Notes under the pieces: model-generated
Databases searched by the model: none
Told to the model about the DNA's origin: nothing
What the model saw: only the letters and a program-made list of their open reading frames with translations
Translations under genes and position numbers: made by a program
Origin: a virus
Lineage: Duplodnaviria > Caudoviricetes
IMG/VR virus record: IMGVR_UViG_3300014664_000015
Coordinates: 1 to 64,000 of that record
Strand: one strand, 5' to 3'
Length of the DNA stretch: 64,000 bases
Part shown: positions 20,121 to 27,329 of the stretch, one piece after another
Position numbering within the stretch: the stretch's first letter is position 1
How the letters are laid out: every line of letters begins with the position of its first letter

Positions 20121-20170
20121 TCCCGCGTGTCCTCGCCCCCTCGGTGTTCATAATCGCCAGGAGTACCTTT
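20121..20170 (-). other. Putative cos (cosQ/cosN-like) packaging site of prophage A
   Basis: Minus strand AGGTACT-N23-GGGCGAGGACACGCGGG resembles lambda GGGTCCT-N23-GGGCGGCGACCTCGCGGG (recalled) and sits just upstream of terS. Confidence 0.55.
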
Positions 20171-20251
20171 GCCAAATGAGAGATATTGTCGTTTGAGTGC
20201 ATAAAAAAGCCCCGCATGAGCGAGGCTGCAATAAAGATGATGAAGTGCTTT

Positions 20252-20659
20252 TTAAGAATTAAGGATATTGTCTATTTTTTTCTGAACGAAACCATCAAAC
20301 AATCGCTTTGAGACATCTACTAATGTTCCGATGCTGGCATCTTTGAAGCCATTTTTAACTGTATTCCACACTTCTTTGTTTCTTAGAGCTTCCAGGAAAT
20401 CATGCCCATTTGCTGTCAGGCGTAACGGTAACACCCCCCACGAACCACCATCATCAGAACCTTCGAAATAACCGAATCCATATTTCCCATCTGTTCTGGC
20501 TATTAGATTGCGGTCGTCTAACAAGCGCATATGGAATAAAAATTCCTCCGTCCTGTAGTCAAAACCTGCTTCCTGAAGTTTTCTGATATTTGTTTGTGGC
20601 TCACCAGATGCTTCAAAAGCCTCCAAAAGACCTTTCAGATATTCATGATTGATTTTCAT
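20252..20659 (-). CDS. DUF2513-like moron protein
   Basis: AT-rich 135 aa with own terminator (~20203-20227); RLTANGHDFLEALR motif. Confidence 0.75.
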   Translation of the reverse strand: MKINHEYLKGLLEAFEASGEPQTNIRKLQEAGFDYRTEEFLFHMRLLDDRNLIARTDGKYGFGYFEGSDDGGSWGVLPLRLTANGHDFLEALRNKEVWNTVKNGFKDASIGTLVDVSKRLFDGFVQKKIDNILNS

Positions 20660-21394
20660 AAAATCCCCTTCACGAGTAAGTGTTTAATCTAGCACTATCA
20701 CAGGCATTCAATAAATGCCTGCTGCAATGTCTATATCCCGTTTAGGCGATTTAAATAGCAATTGACATTAAAAAACCGCCATGCGGCGGTTTGTAAAGGT
20801 GAAAGGCAGACCAAGTTAACGCGAATTATTAGCTTGTTCAGGTATCCCGACCAGTCCTAAACCGGCATGGGGCCGAACAATCCAACGTCACCTGAGCCCC
20901 TTGGCTTTTCATGCATTAACCAAACAGCGTGACCTGTAAGGCGGGAGACTCCAACGTCCCAGACGCGGGTGGTAAAACTCTCAAGATGGTCGCCCATCCC
21001 GGAAATTCTCCCTTCTCATTAGCCTTTCGATTTCTGTTACCCCTGGCTCAGGAACCCTGATGTCACGATCAACGGTTGCTTAAGGGGAAGTCCAAAAACT
21101 GGGTCAAAAAGACCTCCTTGAACTTTCCGTGGGTTAACAACCAGATAATATAAAAAAATAATCTAATTGCATAGTTCCATCGCCAAAGGAGTCCGTCTAA
21201 AGATAATCATTATCAAGCCCACCAGCAGCCAGGCTTTGTCGTGACTAGCAGTCAGCATCAGCTCTGAAGCAATAATTAATACTGTTCTATAAGTTAAAAT
21301 CCAAATATAACGAATTTGAATATTAATTTTAATATTCAACCCTGTTTGTTGAACAATGAACTACAGTCAAAGCCTCCTTGTAAGGATGGCTTAT

Positions 21395-21652
21395 TTAGCC
21401 GCCCTTCCCAACTTTTGGATTTCGGTTCGGAAGGGTACTTTTTCCTTGGCAGTTCGCCTGCCACGCTTTGTTATGCGCCAGGATGTCGCGCTTCGTCTGG
21501 CGGTCTAGCACATCCCAGTCGTGCGCTGTGCCGTAAATGGGTTTAATCCAATCGCAAGCGGTATCCACTACCTCAACCCTTACGGGTCCAGTTGTCCCGC
21601 AGCTCGCGATCAACATCGTCGCCAGGCATATGGTTAACATTCTGCTGTACAT
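21395..21652 (-). CDS. Outer-membrane spanin (Rz1-like lipoprotein)
   Basis: Lipobox LIASC; overlaps the i-spanin end. Confidence 0.85.
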   Translation of the reverse strand: MYSRMLTICLATMLIASCGTTGPVRVEVVDTACDWIKPIYGTAHDWDVLDRQTKRDILAHNKAWQANCQGKSTLPNRNPKVGKGG

Positions 21653-21842
21653 TGCTGGCCTCTTTCGTTGCTTCTACCCGGCGTTCTGCTACCGTGGCCG
21701 TTGCCGCTGCGTTATCTTCGGTGCGCTGCTGGTCGGCTTTCGCTTCCGCTTTGCTGGAGCCGCGAATATGGCCCAGGCCAAAAGCGCCGACGATAGCGGA
21801 AATCACCAATGCGGCCAGCCCTATTATCGTTTCGATACCCAC
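21573..21842 (-). CDS. Inner-membrane spanin (Rz-like); GTG start at 21842
   Basis: N-terminal TM helix then coiled coil; GAGGTG RBS. Confidence 0.82.
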   Translation of the reverse strand: MGIETIIGLAALVISAIVGAFGLGHIRGSSKAEAKADQQRTEDNAAATATVAERRVEATKEASNVQQNVNHMPGDDVDRELRDNWTRKG

Positions 21843-21849
21843 ATTCACC

Positions 21850-22479
21850 TCACACCAGAACGGATTTCGCCAGGTTAAACAGCGCGCGGCGTTTATCCAT
21901 ACCATTACGTCCACCGTTGATAAGCAGCGTAACGCGCTCAACATCGCCGGAATGAAGCAGGCAACCGCGGGAGGCATAGAACCATGCAGCTGAACGCGCA
22001 GCATATTCATCCTGTTCAAGCAGCTCCGGGTGGGTAACAAGGTCTAGTCTCAACGCGTGGCCACAACTGCGATAGTTGCTCAGGCCGGTAACCTGTTTCA
22101 GCCCGCGACCGCGATATTTCCAGCCATCACCGGCAACCTGATTGCCAAGGTGTTCTTTTCCCCACTCACCACCGTATACCAGATTGGCGATCGCTTTCTG
22201 GTTTGCCGTTTGCGTTGCCGTTCTGCCAAGTGCGGCGGCCTGCTGTTGCGTGATGCGGTGGCTACCGAACGTCGGTACCAGGTTTTCAACCGCGTAATTC
22301 AGGCTCTCCACCAGCCGGGTAAATCTGGTGCTTTCATGCCCCATCTGGGCAATAAACATCGCCTGATCAAGCGGTGCGGTTATACCGTATTCCTTCATAG
22401 CGGCGTCGATATGCGGAAACCAGCGCGCAGCTAACCCGGCGCTGATACCAGCCGCCTTCTGAAATTGTGCTTTGTCCAT
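21850..22479 (-). CDS. Endolysin, glycoside hydrolase family 19
   Basis: F.AQ.GHES, GDGWKYRGRGL.Q.TG..NY, INGG.NG motifs. Confidence 0.95.
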   Translation of the reverse strand: MDKAQFQKAAGISAGLAARWFPHIDAAMKEYGITAPLDQAMFIAQMGHESTRFTRLVESLNYAVENLVPTFGSHRITQQQAAALGRTATQTANQKAIANLVYGGEWGKEHLGNQVAGDGWKYRGRGLKQVTGLSNYRSCGHALRLDLVTHPELLEQDEYAARSAAWFYASRGCLLHSGDVERVTLLINGGRNGMDKRRALFNLAKSVLV

Positions 22480-22760
22480 TAGTGCCTCAGATGATCAACC
22501 AGACGTGCAACGTTGCCTTTGACGGCCACCAGCACTGAAAGAAATATGATATTGGCCGCAATGGTGGCCCATGATGAATGCGGGTAAATCCCGCACAGAT
22601 ACGCCAGCGGTACAGCGCTGTAAGTGACGGTAATCAGCCAGGCTAAACGCGAAATCCATGGCCGATGCCGCGAATCACCACGGCGATAAAACATCAGAGT
22701 AATCACAACTCCGGCGCAGAGCAGCGCGTTGATAGTTGCTGTTGGGTCATTTAGTACCAC
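22479..22760 (-). CDS. Phage holin-family membrane protein
   Basis: 93 aa, three hydrophobic segments, adjacent to endolysin. Confidence 0.75.
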   Translation of the reverse strand: MVLNDPTATINALLCAGVVITLMFYRRGDSRHRPWISRLAWLITVTYSAVPLAYLCGIYPHSSWATIAANIIFLSVLVAVKGNVARLVDHLRH

Positions 22761-23133
22761 CTGAACCTCCCCGGCGCGTTATCAGCGCCACCAGCGAGCC
22801 GATGTCCTGCTTGTTCAGGAACGTAAGGATTTGAACGGCTAACGCAGAAGCGATTACGGCACCGATAGCATCCAGAGGCTTATCGGTGTACCCCGTCCAG
22901 GACGTGAGTTTTGAACCCAACAGCCCCGAACAAAGAATGCCGACGATATACGACACGAAGAAGTATGCCAGGCGACGTAACACACTCAGGTCAGCCGCTG
23001 TCGCTATGTAGAATACGGCGCCAGCAAATGCACCAAAAACGACACCGTAATCAGTTCCGGTCAATAGACCGTAAACACTGGCTCCAGTCAAAGCTAAACC
23101 GGCCAGCCCCGTGCCGGAAAATGGATCGGACAT
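22747..23133 (-). CDS. Phage holin/antiholin membrane protein
   Basis: 128 aa, multiple TM segments, GAF.GAV motif; first lysis gene. Confidence 0.78.
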   Translation of the reverse strand: MSDPFSGTGLAGLALTGASVYGLLTGTDYGVVFGAFAGAVFYIATAADLSVLRRLAYFFVSYIVGILCSGLLGSKLTSWTGYTDKPLDAIGAVIASALAVQILTFLNKQDIGSLVALITRRGGSGGTK

Positions 23134-23226
23134 CGGTCCCCCTCATATTGCTGTGAATCCTCTCAGTAAATTTGAGGGGAAATAAAAAAAGGCCACCCAA
23201 TGGCAGCCTTATTAGATAAGCGTTTA

Positions 23227-23451
23227 TTAATATCGCTTCGCAGCGCTTACTGGTGTTCTTTCTGACCAATCAGGCCTCTCTCCAGCCATGATCGCACGCT
23301 GTTGCGTCGGCGTCACAGACTGGGTGATGTCAGGCATTGGTTTGTAATCAGGTTGTTTAGGTGGGCTTAAAACCAGATCAGAACTACAACCTGACAGCAG
23401 AAAAATCGCAAGTAAGGATGAATTAAACTTGAACACTCTATACCCTTCCAA
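23227..23451 (-). CDS. Small lipoprotein moron
   Basis: Signal peptide with LLSGC lipobox; own terminator at ~23184-23210. Confidence 0.65.
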   Translation of the reverse strand: MEGYRVFKFNSSLLAIFLLSGCSSDLVLSPPKQPDYKPMPDITQSVTPTQQRAIMAGERPDWSERTPVSAAKRY

Positions 23452-23475
23452 TGGGACGAAAGTTTGAAAAATCTG

Positions 23476-23580
23476 TGGCGCCGGGTGCCTCCCGGTGACT
23501 TATCTCTGGTTATCAAAGTCGCGCGCATACCTGCAAATAGCAGTTAACCAGACGCCCCACCGCTTAGATGGGATTCACCA
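23476..23580 (-). ncRNA. Cloverleaf structured RNA candidate, copy A
   Basis: UGGUG...CGCCA closing stem and three internal stems; conserved ends shared with copy B. Confidence 0.65.
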
Positions 23581-23635
23581 CATGCATAACTTACTCAGGA
23601 TATATTCACGCGGTCAATAGTTTATCTGTATCGAC

Positions 23636-23660
23636 AAAAAAAGCCTGCTCGGCAGCAGGC
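23636..23660 (-). terminator. Intrinsic terminator between the two RNA copies
   Basis: GCCTGCTGCCGAGCAGGC followed by T7 on the minus strand. Confidence 0.75.
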
Positions 23661-23691
23661 ATAGTTGCTAAGTTGGCAATAGCTGAGAGAG

Positions 23692-23801
23692 TGGTGCCGG
23701 GTGCCTCCCGGTGAGAATTACTCCAGCAAACATTCCCGCGTCTGAGAGGTTTCCTTTTCAGGTAACTGCTGGAACGCCCCTCCGCATAGGGGGATTCACC
23801 A
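23692..23801 (-). ncRNA. Cloverleaf structured RNA candidate, copy B
   Basis: UGGUG...CACCA closing stem; CCCCU/AGGGG, UCCAGCA/UGCUGGA and CCGGG/CCCGG stems. Confidence 0.65.
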
Positions 23802-23893
23802 CCAAAATGCTTTCAGAACACATCCATTCCGCAGGATGCTTAAATAGCATATGTGCAGTACAAAGAATCTGCCAAGTAATCAGATGAATATAT

Positions 23894-24085
23894 TCATTTC
23901 AGTGGCACAGACAGTGGGCCTTCAATCACTTCAGCCTCACCGTTATGGCAAATATCATCACCTCGTGTCAGATGCCAGACACCAGTTATTGTCTGGCCCG
24001 TTTCAAGATCCTCAGTGATACCGTCGGTGTAGTAAGCTACCTGCACTACGCCGTTGTGCTGTATCCAGTAGAAACCTTCTTTCAT
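23894..24085 (-). CDS. Hypothetical 63-aa protein
   Basis: AGGAGGAG RBS, protein-like composition (MKEGFYWIQHNG...). Confidence 0.7.
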   Translation of the reverse strand: MKEGFYWIQHNGVVQVAYYTDGITEDLETGQTITGVWHLTRGDDICHNGEAEVIEGPLSVPLK

Positions 24086-24174
24086 TGCCGTCTCCTCCTT
24101 GTGAGGATTTGATTATATGGCAGCGGTGAGAGTGTTGGCGTTAAAAATACTAAATCATTAGTGAAGTAAATCTC

Positions 24175-24251
24175 TGGTCCGCCATCGAGGATTCGAACCC
24201 CGAACCACAGAGGTAGAAGCTCCGTGCTCTTTCCAGTTGAGCTAATGGCGG
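24175..24251 (-). tRNA. tRNA-Arg, anticodon UCU
   Basis: CCGCCAT/ATGGCGG acceptor stem, AGCTCAACTGGAAAGAGC D arm, CTTCTAC anticodon loop, GGTTCGAATCC T arm, encoded CCA. Confidence 0.95.
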
Positions 24252-24252
24252 A

Positions 24253-24362
24253 AAAAAAAGACCAGCAATGAGCAGCTGGTCATGGGTCATGCAGTTTTCT
24301 CTGCGATGTAGGTGTATCCCCACCAAGTGTTATCAGTATCGAGAGCATTATCGAATGCCAGA
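24253..24362 (-). ncRNA. Candidate sRNA or tRNA leader with its own terminator
   Basis: Extended -10 TGcTATAGT at 24374-24366; ends in GACCAGC..GCTGGTC-T7 hairpin. Confidence 0.35.
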
Positions 24363-24561
24363 TTAACTATAGCACCGATGAAAAAATTCACTCTGTGAAA
24401 GGCCATCAGGAATGATCAGCCCACAGTGACAGACACACCGATGGTTCCCTATGGCTCTTCCCTGAAAGACTCTGTGGTTGAATTGGGCCAAACGTGGCGC
24501 GAAGAATTGCAGGCAGAAAAAAACCCGCTCCAGGCGGGTTTTCAAAAAGCACCAGCTATGT

Positions 24562-24735
24562 TCATGCTGCTTTGCGATGGCGCGGCTTACCCTGCTTTTC
24601 CTTACCGGAAACAGTGGCGTCAGTAAACGCGTTAGGAGCAGCCTTCATTAGCACTTCAACAGCAGCACCCATACCTGCGAATGCTTTCATTGTGTCGAAT
24701 TTCACTTGTGGCTTGGTCACTTTTTGAGTTTTCAT
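24562..24735 (-). CDS. 57-aa basic protein missing from the ORF track (MKTQKVTKPQVKFDTMKAFAGMGAAVEVLMKAAPNAF...RHRKAA)
   Basis: Translated by hand; GAGGTAATC-ATG RBS; terminator at ~24517-24542. Confidence 0.75.
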   Translation of the reverse strand: MKTQKVTKPQVKFDTMKAFAGMGAAVEVLMKAAPNAFTDATVSGKEKQGKPRHRKAA

Positions 24736-24914
24736 GATTACCTCTGAGACTAATGTGCCTCTTCTTTCATAATAAAGGTAGCACCGTGGCTACCCTTTAC
24801 CAATCGTTCTCACCGATTGGTATCATCAAAGCATCTGCCAAGATAGCTTGATGATTATGTTTACCTGAAAGGTAAATTTGGAAGGTAATCCTACAATGTG
24901 TAACGGGATCCCGT

Positions 24915-25460
24915 CTAGCCTAATTGTGCGAATTTGAGGAAAACAGCTTCGATTGTCGTTGTTTCACAGACCATAACATACCCACTCTTATCCAGAACGA
25001 AGCCAAACGAAGAATAGTAACCAAGCAGCTCCGGCACTGGTTCAATAATGCGGATTTCTTCACATTCAACTGCTTTGCAGAACATATACGCACTCATGAG
25101 CGTGATCAGAACCATGCGTCCTTTAAGTGGATGCTCTTCATCATCACGAGTGAAGCGCTCAATCATATGAATGTTGAATGTGTGGCTTTCGGTGTCGAAA
25201 ACGCATAAAGCAGCGCCATCGGGTACGCCCTGCACTGCACCATGCGCTACGAACTTGATGCATAGCTCAAATTTGCTTGGATCGTTTCCATGGGTAGCGA
25301 GCGCATAATCCCACTCTAACTGACCAAAACCACCACAAAGTATTCTATAGTCATCATCGCTGATTGGGCCGACAGCCAATGGAAGCTGAATATTATCCAA
25401 AATAAGCTGGATATTATTTCTAACTGATTGGCCAATCTCTTCCAATGAAAGCATAAACAC
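24915..25460 (-). CDS. GNAT-fold (N-acetyltransferase-like) moron protein
   Basis: PLKGRMVLITL helix and EPVPELLGYYSSFGF resemble GNAT motifs A/B; low GC. Confidence 0.6.
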   Translation of the reverse strand: MFMLSLEEIGQSVRNNIQLILDNIQLPLAVGPISDDDYRILCGGFGQLEWDYALATHGNDPSKFELCIKFVAHGAVQGVPDGAALCVFDTESHTFNIHMIERFTRDDEEHPLKGRMVLITLMSAYMFCKAVECEEIRIIEPVPELLGYYSSFGFVLDKSGYVMVCETTTIEAVFLKFAQLG

Positions 25461-25547
25461 CTCAACAAGCGAAACGCGACGAATGCTTAGTTTACCCTAT
25501 CCTACTTGCGGAGGGTGTACCTGAGTTGAAAAAGATATGTATAGAAA

Positions 25548-25608
25548 CGGCGATATGACAGGGGTACTGGTGCAATGCACCTTCGCGAATACCCCTGTCG
25601 TATCGCCG
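25548..25608. repeat. 19-bp inverted repeat (18/19) with an internal palindrome
   Basis: CGGCGATATGACAGGGGTA ... TACCCCTGTCGTATCGCCG. Confidence 0.85.
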
Positions 25609-25614
25609 GATAAC

Positions 25615-25638
25615 AAAAAACCCCGACAGGCGGGGTTT
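25615..25638 (-). terminator. tR'-like terminator of prophage A
   Basis: AAACCCCGCCTGTCGGGGTTTTTT about 70 nt downstream of pR'. Confidence 0.75.
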
Positions 25639-25703
25639 CAAGTTTTTTCAAATTGTCGCTTTACATCGCTGCCATCGTGGCGCAGCTCTGCCAAGCATGA
25701 AGT

Positions 25704-25732
25704 GATTATCTGATTTTCTGGCCCATTTTCAA
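25704..25732 (-). promoter_or_regulatory. Putative late promoter pR'
   Basis: TTGAAA-N16-GATAAT just after the Q stop. Confidence 0.55.
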
Positions 25733-25774
25733 TACTTCATTGCACCAATAGCACTTTTTGCCAAATCACGATTA

Positions 25775-26380
25775 TCATGAATTTTCTTTCAGGGAATTCC
25801 GCGCTGACAAAAAAACCTTTGCCCTGAATATTTCCAGGCACCAGCGCACCCGCTTTCTGGCCTCTGATTCAGTCAGCCATGGCGCGAGATTCTGAAGATC
25901 TCTGGTTATATCAGAGATTTTTTTTCGGGTGGTGTAATACTGGTTCCCTACAATGTAAACCGGATCCTTCATATCGAACGCCTGAAGCACAGCTCCTTCC
26001 ACAAACTCGGCGTCATCGCTGTTCATCGCCTCGGCAATTACACTGACAGGCGGTTCGGGCCACAGGATCGAACGAGCACGTCTCAACGCCTGCTCACCAC
26101 GGAACCCTTCTTCCCTTGCCTGGTTCAACGCTGCGGTAAAACGCTCGAGCGCTTTATCAGACCAGTTCTTTCCCCTAAGGACATTCCAGCACGAATGCCC
26201 GCAAGGTTTTGCCGGGGCTGTGCCTCCGCGAACATTTTCGCCCCAGACCGTAAGGAGAGATTTAATCCACCCCGACTGAACATCTGTAAGCAAAATGCTT
26301 TTCCCCAGCCAGCTCTTGCGTGGTGCCATTGCGGTTTTACCCAGCCCTTCTAAATACTGGCGTTTCTGGCGTGGCGTCAT
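25775..26380 (-). CDS. Q: Late antitermination protein Q
   Basis: 201 aa at the canonical position before pR'/tR'; WIKSLLTVWG motif. Confidence 0.8.
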   Translation of the reverse strand: MTPRQKRQYLEGLGKTAMAPRKSWLGKSILLTDVQSGWIKSLLTVWGENVRGGTAPAKPCGHSCWNVLRGKNWSDKALERFTAALNQAREEGFRGEQALRRARSILWPEPPVSVIAEAMNSDDAEFVEGAVLQAFDMKDPVYIVGNQYYTTRKKISDITRDLQNLAPWLTESEARKRVRWCLEIFRAKVFLSARNSLKENS

Positions 26381-26733
26381 TTCATATCCTCGATAATTAT
26401 CATGCCGGTTTCACCCCATACTTTTGATGTATGGGTGTCCCAAATATGGGAGTCATCCTCGAACAGTGCGTCCAGAAGCGATTTTGTGAGATTGTCCAGA
26501 TCTGGCTTTACCTGGTGCGGCTGCCCGTCCATAGCTGCGCGTTTTTTCTTGCTCCAGCTCTTAGGCATCGGTAAAACAAAAGTGATATGGGCACCGTTCT
26601 CCGGCACCTGAATGTCATGCAGGCGGGCCTCGTCACAAAACATGCGATATCGCATCACTGACGGCCGCTGTTTCCATTTATCACGGCGTGTCATGCGGGG
26701 TTTTCCAACAGGGGTGATGATGTATTTAGGCAT
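26377..26733 (-). CDS. rusA: RusA-family Holliday junction resolvase
   Basis: KPDLDNL.K.LLDAL..DDS motif. Confidence 0.9.
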   Translation of the reverse strand: MPKYIITPVGKPRMTRRDKWKQRPSVMRYRMFCDEARLHDIQVPENGAHITFVLPMPKSWSKKKRAAMDGQPHQVKPDLDNLTKSLLDALFEDDSHIWDTHTSKVWGETGMIIIEDMK

Positions 26734-27022
26734 GGGCTTCCTCGCCCAACAGATAGAGCACCTGCACCAGAAGCTCAGCTTCAGTGCCGTACTTCATTTC
26801 CCAGGCACGGCGGCCAGCATGAATCGCCACACCGTAACCGCCATTGCGATGGTGTGTATGGCAAAGGGGAATTGATTTCCGATGATCAGCACGTTGGCTT
26901 GTGCCCTGCCCTGTCCGGATATGGTGGATTTCCGCAGGCGTTTCGCCGAGGTTTAGATTTTTACAAACGATGCAGCCGAGCTCGGCCACACGCGCAAGAT
27001 GGATGCGGGCTGCTTTTTTCAT
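26726..27022 (-). CDS. Ref-like HNH-type nuclease
   Basis: GCIVC..PAEIHH..PLC..HH motifs. Confidence 0.75.
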   Translation of the reverse strand: MKKAARIHLARVAELGCIVCKNLNLGETPAEIHHIRTGQGTSQRADHRKSIPLCHTHHRNGGYGVAIHAGRRAWEMKYGTEAELLVQVLYLLGEEAHA

Positions 27023-27161
27023 GCCGGACCACCAGCATAAGCAGAAAAACCGCGCAGGAATGGACGGTCCAGGTAAATCGGGGTATTTCTTTGCGCCATC
27101 ACTATTCTCCGGTGATGGTGCGACAGGTGCTGGTTGTTCAGGCCAGCTTGATTATTATAAA

Positions 27162-27329
27162 TCAGTTGTCAGGGTTGCGGAAGCGCTCAAGGCATTGTCG
27201 CAGTGCTTCTCGGGTAATGAGTATTGCTTCAGCAGGCACCGGGATCACAATAAAGGAGCCATCCTCCTGGCTCACTACCTCATAACGTCCAGCAGGGCGA
27301 ACGGCAGCGATTAATTCTTGCTCATTCAT
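27162..27329 (-). CDS. Hypothetical 55-aa protein (MNEQELIAAVRPAGRYEVV...)
   Basis: Translated by hand; clean ORF in the nin-like region. Confidence 0.6.
   Translation of the reverse strand: MNEQELIAAVRPAGRYEVVSQEDGSFIVIPVPAEAILITREALRQCLERFRNPDN

Noticed and set aside
23476-23801. Cloverleaf repeats as true tRNA genes
   Set aside because: No GTTCRA T loop, D-loop GG or 7-nt anticodon loop; kept as ncRNA candidates instead
27019-27099. 26-codon ORF coupled to the Ref-like start
   Set aside because: Too short and unrecognised to call without conservation data
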